Assembly (NCBI GenBank): GCA_028534125.1 | Contig: CM052816.1 | Span: 86,740,001-86,803,836, forward strand | DNA length: 63,836 bases | From: Lama glama | Taxonomy: Eukaryota | Direction: 5' to 3' | Shown here: piece by piece, positions 48,540-61,377 of the stretch | How positions within the stretch are numbered: the stretch's first letter is position 1 | Layout: each line of letters opens with the position of its first letter | Program-made: the position numbers and the translations under genes | The notes under the pieces: model-generated | Seen by the model: the letters and a program-made list of their open reading frames with translations, nothing else | The model's database searches: none | What the model was told of the DNA's origin: nothing

Positions 48540-49700
48540 AAAAGTATAAGTTATACTATTAAATACTAACTAAAATGAAACAGAACTCAAATGATTTATG
48601 CAACCAATTAAAGAATTTCAAAATACACAATTATATAATCCTAAGAAAAGAAAATAGCATAACAAATGAAAAAATTTAAATAATAAATTAATAAGAAAAT
48701 GGAATATATAAGGTAGAAAAAATAAATCCAAATTATATTTCTTATGAATAGATTAAAATTTTAAGCATGTCAATAAAAATGCATAAATACTCTAAATGTG
48801 TAATAATGAGTACACAGCTAAAGTAAAAATAAAATCAAAAGAGATAATGGATACTTTGATAATGCTATGAAAATGAAGTAATAACTACAATGAAATATGC
48901 TATTTTTAAAAAATATATACTTTATCAAAGCTTTCCCCAAAAGATAGGAATAAAATAAAATCAGATATATTTCTATAGAAGGAATTGATGATTAAATAAA
49001 CTCTCCTATCTTCTGAGAAATCAGCACTATCCCCAAATATTTTCATTGAGAATTACTACATAAACTTCAAGGAATTTGTTTTGCCAATCAGACTGGAGAT
49101 GATTATTTAAAATGAGTACATTTATCATAAAAGGGTGTGAACAGTCATTTTTTTTTCACTGCCTGTGGAAGTGTAAATTTGTACAGTCTGTAAGGACGTA
49201 GTTGGTAATATCTATCAAACTTACACATGCACACAACTCTTGTGCTGGAAGTGTTTGTATTTATATTACTGAGAAACTCTCACCTATGTGGGATAATTTA
49301 TGTTTAGAACATTGCTCTAAAATAGGAAAACATAAAAAACACAACCTAAATGTCCTTTAAAATTTTTTTCAATAAATCACAGTACATTTACATATTGGAA
49401 TACAAGAGAATTGTTAAAAAAGAATGAATCACTTTCATACACAATGATTTGAAAATACCACAGAATATATTAAATTTAAAAAATTGTGCAGAATACTGCG
49501 GTAGTATGCAGCATTTTATGTCTAAAAAATGAATACATATACATGTAATTTTTCAAATGGATAAAATATTTATGGACTAATGAACAAAATGTAAAAGCAA
49601 TTGTCAATGAATAAGGTATCTTTATGTCTAGGGTAGTAGCTAAGAAAGTTGTTTTTTGGGGAAAGGGTAAGACAGAAAATAATTTAAACTTAGAGAGATT
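48540..49700 (+). mobile_element. Decayed L1ME-like fragments
   Basis: A-rich ORF2-like text; cactgcctgtggaagtgtaaatttgtacag; aacaacctaaatgtcc. Confidence 0.55.
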
Positions 49701-49849
49701 ACATATAATCTCTGCCACACATTCTTTGTTTTACAAACATTTAAAAAAGTAAAAATGTATTTCCAGTTCAAAGGCCAGAGATGCCCAACCTTTACAGTCT
49801 CATCAATTGTATTTGTATGTTTTCATTTGATTTTTTACATGCAGATTCA

Positions 49850-50520
49850 TTAATATTAAATAACCTCCCAAAACTTACATCATGAGAGTAAGAATACAGA
49901 TGTAAAGTTACATTTGCTTGTATGTGCCCCTTCAATCCACAGCCCGAACTTTTTTTTATTATGATAAACATTCTGAATGTTGTTTCACACTGTTTTTGTA
50001 TGTTTAAATATAAATTTTTATTTGTATATATGTGTGTATATAATAGTTTGTTATATTTATAAAAGTGTATAATACTGATTTAATAACCAGACATTTAATA
50101 CTATAATCATCACTGCATGTCTCATGTTTTTGTGTATTTTAGCTCTTCCCTCTAATTCTTTCATTTGGATAGATAGTTAAAATTCTGTTATGTGACTATA
50201 ACAACATATCTCCATAATCTCCTGTTGACGGACATCTGTGCTGTTTCCTAGTTTTTGCTACTATGGACAGAGTTTAGGAGTATAATTTTACACATCTCCG
50301 AATGAAACTATACAGGAACTTTTCTTGTTCATTTAGAAGTAGCGTTTAGGGTCACAGGGTATACAATTACGCATCTTTGTAAAACAATACCAAAATCTTT
50401 GCCAATGTTGTTGTATCAGTGTGTCTTTGTCGATTCATCAACATCACTTCAACACCTGGTGCTGGCAGTACTAATTCTTCCAGTCAAATGTATACAAAAT
50501 GCCTTTTATCTTATGTCTTT
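49850..50520 (-). mobile_element. Decayed L1ME-like 3' fragment
   Basis: tctcctgttgacggacatctgtgctgtttcctagtttttgctact. Confidence 0.55.
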
Positions 50521-50554
50521 TATTTAAATTTTCCTTATTAAAAATTTGTCTCTA

Positions 50555-50745
50555 CAGTCATCCCTTGGTAACGGCTGGGGATTGGTTCTAGGATCCTCCA
50601 CGGATACCAAAATCCACAGATGCTCAAGTCCCTTGTATAAAATGGGAAACCTGCAAATACAGAGGACTGTATATTTACTGAAAAAATAATCCAAGTATAA
50701 GTGGACCTGCACAGTTCAGACCCCGTGTCATTCAAGGGTTACTTA
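50555..50745 (+). mobile_element. Tigger-family MITE (MER2/MER8-like)
   Basis: cagtcatcccttggta...ggataccaaaatccacagatgctcaagtcc...gtggacctgcacagttca. Confidence 0.88.
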
Positions 50746-50989
50746 TACACGTGTGTGTGCACACATATATACACTTGTTTATTATTTATATCTAGGGCTT
50801 AGAGCACTCTCTGGATAAAGTTGAATGAATTAATAAATAAGTGTTTTTTTTACAAAACTTAAACAGTTTATTATGTTGTTATTTCTCATAAGTATTTGAG
50901 GAGGAATATAAAATAAAATAACTTCTACTTAATCTCCAATGAAATATAAGAGATTAAAATTTAAAAATTACCAGTTAACCACATAACTA

Positions 50990-51530
50990 GATGCTTTATC
51001 CATGGTTAATAATTTTTGTTTCCTCTATCTTTCTCTCTTTGTCTCTGTTTCTCTTTTTTCCATCCTGATTATTTTGGCATCAACTATTTTGATATTTTCA
51101 AAGAACTAAATTTTAGATTTATTTTTCTGTTATTTTCTATTTTATTAATTTCCACAATGATTTTCATTAATTTTTTCTTGCTTATATTTTATTTGCTCCA
51201 TTTTTTTAGTTTCTTAATGGGGACTGGGTTCATCAATTTGAGATATTTTTCTATTCTAAATAGACTTCTAGTACTCAAAATTTCATTCTAAGTACTTAAG
51301 GTTTAGCTGCTTTCTATAGATTTTTATATGTTGTATTATTTTCGTTTTCATTCAGTTTAAAATATTTTCTAATTTCCTTTTTGATTTCTTCTTGACCATC
51401 TGTTATTCTGAAGTGCTTTATGCAGATGTCAAATATTTGGGGATATCTTTCAGATATTTTTCTGTTGCTAATTTCTAATTTAATGCTATTATGGTCTGAT
51501 AACATGCATTGTTTAAGACTTTTTTAGGGC
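50990..51530 (-). mobile_element. L1 ORF2 fragment
   Basis: Minus frame LSDHNSIKLEISNRK...EIKKEIRKYFKLNENENNTTYKNL is L1 ORF2 (endonuclease end/linker). Confidence 0.85.
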
Positions 51531-51549
51531 CCAGGACATAGCCTAATTT

Positions 51550-52140
51550 AGTAAAAACTTGGCCGTTTCTTACAAAGCTTAATATAGTCTTACTAAGTGA
51601 TCCAGCAATTACACTACTAATTATTCATCCAACTGATTTAAAAATTTATGTCTGAAAACATCTGCACATCAACATTTATAGTAGCTTTGTGCATAACTGC
51701 CAAAACTAGAAGCAAAAAGATGCCCTTCAATAGATGAGTGGATAAACAAACTGGGGTACATCCATATAATAAAATACTCTTGAGCAATAAAAGACAATGA
51801 GTTATCAAACTACCTAAGTATATACTGAAAGGTGAAACAAGTCAGTTTGAAAAAAGTGATATAGTGTATGATTCTACTTATGGCATTCTGGAAGGGAACA
51901 CTATAGAGACAATAAAATGGTCAGTGATAGCCAGGGTATCAGGAGGGAAGGAAGATTAAATAAGTGAAACACAAGGGAATATTTGCGGGGGGGGGCTGGT
52001 AAAACTATTCTCTATGATACTGTAACAGTATTTATGAGACACTATGCATTCTGCCAAAACCCACAGAACTTTACAAAGAGTGAATTATAATAATTAAATA
52101 TAATAATAATTCAGGAGTTCTGGGAATCACAGACATTGGA
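51550..52140 (+). mobile_element. L1MC/MD-like 3' fragment
   Basis: tgatccagcaattacact; gatgcccttcaatagatgagtggataaacaaact; aaaactattctctatgatactgtaa. Confidence 0.75.
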
Positions 52141-52144
52141 GCTG

Positions 52145-52455
52145 AGATGAACAAAATAGACTAGAAAAATAATAAAATCAACAAAACCAAAAGATGGTTC
52201 TCCAAGAGGATCAACAAAATTGATGATATTAACATGGCTACACTAATCAAACACTAGATTCAAGGCAATTGCTGTCAAAATCTCAACTGCTGGGGTTATA
52301 GCTCAGTGGTAGAGTATTTGACTGCAAAATCTGAACTACCCTTTTCTCCAGAATGGAAAAGCTCATCGTTGTCCAATATTCATATCGAATTGCAGGGGAC
52401 CAAAAAAAGACAAAGCAGTCTCAAAAAAGTACAAATTGAGAATGCCTCATCTTAC
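52145..52455 (+). mobile_element. L1 ORF2 fragments hosting a tRNA-half insert
   Basis: aaaatcaacaaaaccaaaagatggttctcc; agattcaaggcaattgctgtcaaaatc. Confidence 0.65.
52292..52326 (+). pseudogene. tRNA-Cys(GCA) 5'-half tailless retrocopy
   Basis: ggggttatagctcagtggtagagtatttgactgca is 33/35 identical to the recalled 5' half of tRNA-Cys(GCA); degenerate 15-bp TSD. Confidence 0.8.
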
Positions 52456-52600
52456 AAACCCTGGGAAGCAGAGGTGGAATGTATCTGGGTATTTGATTTG
52501 TTAAATTATCTTCTTGAATACATCAAGTATCAATACATCTGTCTTTGGAGTGTCCTTTCTGATGTTAAAAAATCTATCATCTCTATCATTTCTTCCCAAC

Positions 52601-52760
52601 TGCATTATTTCCTAGGGTTACTATAACAAATGATCACACTTTCTTCTGAAGTGTGTGAGGGACAAACTGCCCCTTCCTTGCTTTTGTGGTTGTTGGGCAT
52701 GTGTGGTGTTCCTTGTCTTGTGGCAGCATCACTCCAATGTCGGTCTCGTCTTCCCTCTGC
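52601..52760 (-). mobile_element. MLT1C-like LTR fragment
   Basis: tgcattatttcctagggttactataacaaa; ccttgtcttgtggcagcatcactccaat. Confidence 0.7.
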
Positions 52761-52944
52761 ACTATTCAACTCATTACATCCACCTAATATAGTTTAACAG
52801 TCATTTCCTATGTTTATTCCTTTAAATAAACACTTAATTATTTTTAACTTTTTTTATCTAGAACAATGCAATATTTCCACTTTTTTTTTGGTACAGCTTT
52901 ATTTTTATCACTTGGTAGGCTCTCAGTCATTGCCTTTTACATCT

Positions 52945-53258
52945 TTCTTTCTTTTTTTTTTATTGAAATAGTCAGTTACAATGTGCCAATTTCTGGCGTA
53001 CAGCACAATGTTCCAGTCGTGCATATACATACATACATTTGTTTTCATAAAAGATTATGACAAGATATTGAACATAGTTCCCTGTGCTATACAGAAGAAA
53101 TGTTTTTAAAATTTATTTTTTATACAGTGGCTAATATTTGTAAATCTCAAACTCACAAATTTATCCCTTCCCTCCCCCTTTCCCCAGTAACCATAAGATT
53201 GTTTACTATGTCTGTGAGTCTGTTTCTGTTTTGTAGATGAGTTCATAGTGTTCTTTAT

Positions 53259-53301
<43 letters not shown>

Positions 53302-54315
53302 AGATTCCACATATGAGTGATATCATATGGTATTTTTTTTTTCTTTCTGGCTTACTTTACTTAGAATGACGATCTCTAGGTCCATCTATGTTGCTGTAAA
53401 TGGCATTATTTTATTCCTTTTTATGGCTGAGTAGTATTCCATTGTATAAGCAGACCACAGCTTCTTTATTCAGTCACCTGTCGATGGACATTTAGGTTGC
53501 TTCCATATCCTGGCTATCGTATGTAGTGCTGCTATGAACACTGAAGTACATGTATCTTTTCAAATTAGAGTTCCTTCTGGATATATGCCCAGGAGTGAGA
53601 TTGCTGAATCATATGGTAAAAATATTTTTAGTTTTTTGAGGAATCCCTATACTGTTTTCCGTAATGGCTGCATCAAACTACATTCCCACCAACAGCGTAG
53701 GAGGGTTCCCTTTTCTCCACAGCCTCTCCAGCATTTATCATTCATGGACTTTTGAATGATGGCCATTCTGACTAATGTGAGGTCATACCTCATTACAGTT
53801 TTGAATTGCATTTCTCTGATAATTAGTGATATTGAGCATTTTTTCATGTGCCTATTGATCATTTGTATGTCTTCAATGGAGAATTGCTTGTTTAGGTCTT
53901 CTGCCCAGTTTTGGATTGGGTTGTTTGCTTTTTTCTTATTAAGTTATATGAGATGTTTATATATTCTGGAAATTAAGCCTTTGTCAGTCACATCATTTGC
54001 AAATATTTTCTTCCATTCTGTAGGTTGTTGTTTTGTTTTGCTTATGGTTACCTTTGCTGTGCAAAAGTTTATACATTTAATTAGGTCCCATTTGTTTATT
54101 TTTGGTTTTATTTCTATTGCCTGGGTAGGCTGCCCTAGGAGAACACTGCTAAGATTAATGTCAGAGAATGTTTGCCTACGTTTTCTTCTAGGAGATTTAT
54201 TGTATCTTATCTTATATTTAAGTCTTTAAGCCATTTTTGAGCTTATTTTTGTGTAAGAAGTGAGGGAGTGTTCTAACTTCACTGATTTACATGCTGCCAG
54301 CCAGTTTTTCCGACA
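52945..54315 (-). mobile_element. Young 5'-truncated L1 (same family as 44304-45435)
   Basis: Poly(T) start; minus frame [18 protein letters not shown]...[12 protein letters not shown]; internal (TATC)n at ~53260-53300. Confidence 0.93.
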
Positions 54316-55859
54316 CTCTTTTTAAAAAAATCTTAGGTTTATTCTAATTTTATTGAGAATGCCAAATACATATTTTTCATAATGTATTTTTTCTAATTGA
54401 AAGAAAAGTCATTTGTAATCAAACCTAAGAATTCTAAATTTTATTTTATATATCAATAAGAAAGAATGTTTTCAGTTTAATTTAGAAACCCTGTGTATTA
54501 CAAGCTACAATGTGACTTCAGATATGTTAAAATGTTTTTTAAAGCTTTATAAGTGAATAAAATATGCACTTTTAAAAAAAGTGCTCTTTTCTACATTTAG
54601 AGGATTTATTTCCTTAGATTTATTCATTTTTTTACTTCACCTAAATTCAGAGTCCTTTTTTTCCTTCAGTTTTTACTCTGCATTTTAGAAGAAATGCCAA
54701 GACATCTAGCATTAGAAAATAAGAAAATTGTTGCAGTTTCCTAACATTCCTGATTTTCACCTGGATTTATATATTTTAAAATAAATTATCTTATATTTCT
54801 CTATTTAAAACAAATTCTTATATTGAGAAGTACTGTATGTATTATATATACTTAATATATATATTTAAAAACCTCTTAAAAAAACAATTAAAATTTGCTT
54901 CTAAGAGACAAGAGTAACCTACAGCCGAGGATGCCCTTTCAGAGTCATTATTAAAAAGGAGAAGAGGAAATGGACCAAAGACTACCTATTACATTTATGT
55001 AAAAGTTTTGTCCATAGAAAGCCCTGAAGGTTACAAAGTGTCTTCTTATCTACAAGGTGTTTTTCTTTCAAGATCTTGGGAAAATTTCCTTGTGATGCTT
55101 ATTTAATAAGAAGAAGGAAGAGAAAGAATATGAGAAAGGTGGAAAGAAGTGGCATCTGTCTGAGGGAAGATTAAAGTTTTGAAATTTGAAAATACTACTA
55201 ATATATTACCAATGACCAGAAGAAAAGAAAGTAATGGAAGTTTGAAGTTACTTGTTATAATTTCAGAGGATTTCTCTGAAAACTACATAAATGATTATAT
55301 TAAAATTTGCTTCAATTAATGGAAGGCCATTGCCTTTCAAGTAATTTCACAGGTTTAATTTCATTGCATCATGTATCATTGTTTCTTAGCTCTCAGACTC
55401 CAGTTTAGTAACTATTCTCCAGGAAGATTATTATGAGAGACAGATAACAAATGCATGTTTGCCTAAATGCTAAGCCAATATTCACCTTGGAGATGAATTT
55501 AAAATCTCATAGTTAGTACAATAATAATAATAATAAATATTTCAAAGGGTGTTTTACATATTTCTGGTTATCATAAATTTCCTTTAACCCTGATTCAACC
55601 AGGAGAAGGTGTTTGCCAACTCATATAATCTTATCAGTTCAATAAAATATACTGGCACTTATACACTGATGTATTCATTTACAGCATGTAGAATCTACTA
55701 TTAAAGCTATACTAAAGATTGAGAAGCACTGTTCAAGAGCATTTTTCATGTCCATTTTGGCTGGAATTTAAAGACCATTCAACAAAGTGTAGATTTGTCT
55801 CCAGTCCTAGTCAAGAGCTTGCTTGATGATGTGGAGTAGGTTGGTTTCTGGATTTAATG

Positions 55860-56235
55860 AGACTTTGGGTTTTATCTGAAGACTACCATGAAAGTGTAGA
55901 AGTCAATGCTTTGGAGAATCTGATTTTAGAATACTTTAAAATGTTGAAGATATTGTGAGGGTAGGATACTGGAGTGAGGGCTTATATTTCCTGTACTGGT
56001 GGGACAGGCAGAAGAAGCCAGCTCATAGGCTGAAGGCTGTCAAGATTTCAGGTGCTGTATAGAATTGGTGATGGACACATTTTGTAGCTGAAAGTGGTAA
56101 AGAGAAGTACATTTGAAAGGAGACTTCAGAAGATTTAAACCAGAATGTTAGAAAGATCAAGTGGACGCTGGAGTAACCAATATGGTGATAGGAAAGGGGA
56201 AGAGATCAAAATGAGTTAAATGATGATATTATCAA
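55860..56235 (-). mobile_element. Probable L2 internal fragment
   Basis: Purine-rich text (ggagtgagggcttat; ggtgatggacaca) of the kind seen in reverse L2 ORF2. Confidence 0.35.
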
Positions 56236-56289
56236 TGAATAAGTGTCATTTCAGTGGTGCACATGGCTTTGGTCTCTTTTGGTTGGTAT

Positions 56290-57295
56290 AAAAAGTAAGC
56301 ATATTTGAATATGAATCCTTATATATGAGTGCTTTTCTCTATAAGACATATCTTTGTATGGGGTTTATATATTTATTATAAATGGATGTAGCCAAGTTAT
56401 CTTCCCAGCAGATTGTAGGAAGTGACAGTTCCAACAGTACTCACTACATGACAATCCCAATTTACTCAATTGTTTGGCAGGAGTGGATAGATTTTACATT
56501 TTAAAATGTTTAGCCAATTTTATGAGTGAGAAATATATCTACTTGTTATTTTACTTTAGGTTTATTATAACTATCACACTTGTAACACTTTCCTTTGATC
56601 TTATTCTTTCATTAATTGCCTTTTGCAACTATATTTGGCTAATTTTCATCCTTTTATATCCTTATGTTTCTAAATAATTTTGACCAGCTTGATTATTTTC
56701 TTCTGAATTTAAATATTGTATGTATTTCCCCTTGTCAAATGACAAGAACAAAAAAATGAGATTTTTTTTTTCTGGATAGACAAAACTCTGTCCTACAGCA
56801 ACTTTCAACTACAAGCACATTCTTAGACCTTACACTCAAGATAGATTTTTTTAAAAAATGAATGTTAATAATGAGATTTGAGTTAGTCAGACATCACAGT
56901 GGAATATACAGTAATGCAAATTTCTGTTCATTGTTTATCTATCAAGTATCTATCTTGAAAATATTATTGAAATTTTATCTGTCATATTGAGCTGATTCCA
57001 TGTTTAATTTGAAGGGATTTGTACCTCTATAGTAATAAGTCCTTGGACATTGGAATAAGGTACATCTTCACTAAAAAAAAAGACTATATATATCTTTTAT
57101 TAGAGCTATCCTTAGCTACTTTATAATTTTTTGATGCTATTGTAAATAGTATCATTTCAAAAATTACATTTGCTTACTGTGCATGGGGATAGAAATACAA
57201 TTGTCTATTTTATATATTTTTATAAAAGTGGCCTTTTTAGAAATCTCTCATTCTAATAACTTGTCCATTCATTCCTTTGGGTTTTCTTTCCTTTT
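56290..57295 (-). mobile_element. Decayed L1ME-like fragments
   Basis: ttagccaattttatgagtgagaaat; ttttgatgctattgtaaatagtatc; atagaaatacaattg. Confidence 0.5.
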
Positions 57296-57299
57296 CCCT

Positions 57300-58335
57300 T
57301 ATTTTTTTTGCCCTCTTTTTCTTTTTACCAAAGTATAGTTAATTTACAATGTTGTGCTAGTTTCAGGTGTACAGCAAAGTGATTCAATTATACTAAATTC
57401 TTTCTGATTCTTTTCCATTATAGGTTATTACACGATATTGAATATAGTTCCCTGGGCTATACAGTAAGTTCTTGTTGTTTACCTATTTTATATATAGTAG
57501 TATGTATCTGTTGATCCCCAACTCCTAATCTATCCTTCCCACCCTGACACTTTCCTCTTTGGAAACCATGTTTGTTTTCTATGTCTGTGAGTCTATTTCT
57601 GGTTTCTAAATAAGTTCATTTATACTGTTTTTTAAATTCCACATATAAGCCATATCATATGACATTTGTCTTTCTCTGTCTGACTTCCTTCACATAGTAT
57701 GATCCATCAGTGTTGCTGCAAATGACATTATTTCACTCTTTTTTATGGCTGAGTAATATTCCATTGTGACATCTTCTATCCATTCATCTGTTGATGGATA
57801 TTTAGGTTACTTCCATGTCTTGGCTATTGTAAACTGTGCTGCTATGAACACTAATGTGCATGAATCCTTTCAAATTAGAGTTTTCTTTGGATATACTCCC
57901 AGGGGATGAGATCACAGGATCTTATGGTAACTCTATTTTCAGGTTTTTTAGGACTCTCCATACTATTTTCCATAGTGGCTGCACTAATTTACATTCCCAC
58001 CAACAGTGTAGGAGGGCTCCTTTTTCTCTACACCCTTTCCAATATTTATTACTTGTAGACTTTTTAATGATAGCCATTCTGACTGGTGTGGGGTGATACT
58101 TCACTGTAGTTTTGATTTGCATTTCTCTAATAATTAATGATATTGAGCATATTTTCATGTGCCCACTGCCCATGTGGATGTCTTCTTTGGAGAAATATGT
58201 ATTTAGATCTTCTGCCCAGTTTTTTACTTTTATTTTGTATGAGCTGCTTGTGTATTTTGGATATTAATCCCTTGTTGGTGTCATCCATTTCAAATATTTT
58301 CTCCCAGTCCATAGGTTGTCTTTTTGGTTTTTGTT
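57300..58335 (-). mobile_element. 5'-truncated L1 (same family as 9691-11005)
   Basis: Minus frame [19 protein letters not shown]...[16 protein letters not shown]; 3' UTR closely resembles the 9691 copy. Confidence 0.92.
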
Positions 58336-58409
58336 TGTTTTTTATATGTTTTTATAGCAATGCATATACAAGTATTTCTCAAACAGCACACAAAAAGTCT
58401 TTATCTCAT

Positions 58410-59408
58410 TATTAAAAAATGATAAATTGGACTTCATCAAAATTAATCATTTCTACCCTTTAAAAGGTATCATTAATAAAATGAAAAAGCAAGCCATATA
58501 CTAGAAGAAATAAAAGAGGAAAAAACAGAAATAAATGTAAAAATAAAAATAAAAAAGAACAAAAACTTTAAAAAATGTTTCACAAAAGATGGACAATTAT
58601 CCCTCATAAATTTATGGATATATTCTCAACATCTTTAGTCATTAGGCAAATGCACATAAAACCCCAATGAAACACTGTGACATATTCATTTGAAAGACTA
58701 AAATTAGAATGAAACAAAACAAGAAGGAGAACAATAAAAACACTGCCAGTAACTAGCAGTTACATGATTGAGTTGCAAAGTGAAGAGAAACTAGACTCCC
58801 ATATACTGCTGATAGGAACGCAAAATGGTACGGCCCCTCTTGAAAGCAGAGTGGCAGTATTATAAGCATCCACTTAATATATGATCCAATGATTCATTCC
58901 TAGATATCTACCCAAAAGAAACAAAATCATATGTCCATATAAAGACTTGTATATCAATATTTTATCAGCTTTAGCTACAAACTGGAAACAATCCAATACC
59001 CATTAATTGAAAAATGCATACAAACGTGTGGTGAAAGGGTAAGTAAAATCCATACAATGAAATGCTATTTGGCAATAAAAGAGCATGTACTAAATAAACA
59101 CAAAACAACATTATGGTGAATGAAAGAGCCAGAAACAAAAGAATGCGTACTGTGTAATTTCATTTCTATGTCATTCTAGAAGAAGCAAAATTTTAAAATC
59201 TGTAATGACGGAAAGCAGAGGTGGTTACCTAGAGCCAAGGTAAGGAATGACTACTGAAGGGAGAAGGACACTTTAGGTGTTACAGCAATGTTCTACGACT
59301 TGTTTGTATTTGTAGTTACACACTTGTACATATTTGCCAAAGTTCATCAAACTGACTCTTAAAACATTAAAAACATTTAGTTTATGCCTCAGTAAAGTTT
59401 ATTTAAAA
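58410..59408 (+). mobile_element. Old L1 (L1MB/ME-like) 3' portion
   Basis: tgataaattggacttcatcaaaatt; actggaaacaatcc; end cctcagtaaagtttatttaaaa. Confidence 0.75.
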
Positions 59409-59756
59409 CATTCTGCAATTACACCATTATTACTAAGCTACGTTGAGGGAATAAAAGAGTTTCCATTTTCTGTAGTTTGCTTCATTGTTCAAAACACTTA
59501 AGCACTCAGTGACACCAGGCATTGGGAAAAGGACACAAGACTTAATTATAATGGAAGATATAGAAAGAATAGAGTAAGTTTTGCCTTCACTCTCATTCCT
59601 ATACCCTAGATCCTAACTTAATTGGAATAGACATGTTTTATGGTAGCCTATATGTTAAAAGAATTCTCATGCACCATGCCATCATTTATGCAATTTATTC
59701 TGCTCTATTTTGATTACCTAGATACTTTATATAAATAATGTGATTATATGTTCCAT

Positions 59757-59839
59757 TTTTTAATGGAGGTACTGGGGATTGAACCCAGGGCCTCATGCAT
59801 GCTAAGTATGTGCTTCAACACTGTTATATCCACCCCCCG
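59757..59839 (-). mobile_element. tRNA-Ala-derived camelid SINE (Vic-1-like)
   Basis: Reverse reads ...cttagcatgcatgaggccctgggttcaatccccagtacctccattaaaaa with B box; degenerate TSD tatatgttccatttt/tgtatgtcctatttt. Confidence 0.85.
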
Positions 59840-60643
59840 CTGTATGTCCTATTTTGATTGAGATAGTAATGGTTTATATGGGTAGCCCTGACATACATTT
59901 TTGAACTTCTATATATAAACAGCCTATAAATTAATAAGGAAGGACATTTTTGATCTCTGCCCAGTATGTGTACTTTTGAAAATTTTAACCCCATGGTGGT
60001 GGGTTTCTCCACAGATCCTCTCTTTTGAGAATATTACATAAAAGTTGTGCCTTCAAAGTGTTTGGGGGTAGGTTCAAAGAGTAGAGAGATTGGATAGATT
60101 TCTCTTATTTGAATTGCTTCCACCAGGTACAACCAAAGCAGAGATATTTCTGCCTTCCTTTCCTTTTTTTCTTTTAAAATTACTATTTCACTTAGGAGGA
60201 TATATTTAATAAGTAGATGGGTTTTTATTAGTTGGGATTTTTGACCATAATGCATTTTATCTTATTCATTATAAGTTTTACTATAAAACTTCCCTTGTAA
60301 GTGTAAGTTAATGATAAAAAATGTATATAATAATCCAATATTATTAGGTTCTAGATAATAATCACACTAATAAAATACTCCGATTTTATGTTTCAGCATG
60401 TCCTTAAAACTCTGATTACTAATCTCAATTATAACTGTAAAGGTAGATAAGTACAAAGTAAATTTTAAGATGCTTACTTACAACTATAAAATTTACTAGG
60501 GCATCTAAAATATATATAATTTTGTAATATTATCCTGAGCATTCATATTTCTAATTATTATATATGCTCCATAACATAATATACTTTATAATTACATAAT
60601 AATTGTATAGATTGAGTTTAATAGCCATGTAGAATCACCGTAA

Positions 60644-60864
60644 TTTTCTTCTTTTGTATTGATGTATAGTCAGTTACAATGTATCAATTTCTGGTATACA
60701 GCATAATGTTTCAATTATACATATACACATATATATTTGTTTTCATATTCTTTTTCATTATAGGTTACACAAGATACTGAATATAGTTCTCTCTGCTATA
60801 CAGAAGAAATTTGTTTTATATCTATTTAATATATATAGTAGTTAATATTTGCAAATCTTGAACT
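60644..60864 (-). mobile_element. Short young L1 3' end
   Basis: Matches the first ~200 bp of the 52945 copy (atagtcagttacaatgt...gctatacagaagaaa). Confidence 0.88.
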
Positions 60865-61107
60865 ATATGCTATTTACATTTTTTATTTAATATCTAGTTG
60901 ATTCTTGCTCTCTGCAAAGATTTTGAAGTTACTTAATATAAACAGAAAATATACAAATAAAAAATTTAAGTGGCTGACATGATTAATTTTATAATTGAAG
61001 AAGACTGTAAATTTTATCCTGGAAATCTGACTTGTTCAATGACATAGTCATTCACTGGAAAAGCTTATTTGATTTTTATTTTCTGAGTTTAGGAAAAAAA
61101 AAGAGAT

Positions 61108-61246
61108 AAGTTTCAAATTCTTTCAATTTTCTGAAGTTTGTTCTTGAGGTAAAAAATTGCTTACTTTTAAATCATAGAAGTTTCAAATTCTTTCAATTTT
61201 CTGAAGTTTGTTCTTGAGGTAAAAAATTGCTTACTTTTAAATCATA
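61108..61246. repeat. Perfect 69-bp direct duplication (period 70)
   Basis: 61108-61176 equals 61178-61246. Confidence 0.95.
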
Positions 61247-61263
61247 TGCATATAAAGCCCTGA

Positions 61264-61377
61264 TTGTTTATTTGTTTGTTTATTTATTTATTATTTTTAA
61301 TGGAGGTACTGAAGATTGAATCCTCGACCTCTTGCATGTCAAGTATGAGCTCTACTACTGAGCTATCACCCCTCACC
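61264..61377 (-). mobile_element. tRNA-Ala-derived camelid SINE (Vic-1-like) with (TTTA/TTTG)n tail
   Basis: aatggaggtactgaagattgaatc...gctctactactgagctat; paralogous to the 59757 copy. Confidence 0.85.

Noticed and set aside
53756..54229. Longest real ORF (157 aa, hydrophobic)
   Set aside because: Antisense frame of L1 ORF2; the same pseudo-peptide recurs at 44348-44650.
44304..54240. Similar blocks at 44304-45400 and 52950-54240 as a segmental duplication or large inverted repeat
   Set aside because: Independent insertions of the same young L1 family with different breakpoints and flanks.
59757..61377. Possible functional tRNA genes at 59757 and 61264
   Set aside because: Both have A-rich tails and degenerate stems, and one has a visible TSD; they are tRNA-derived SINE copies.
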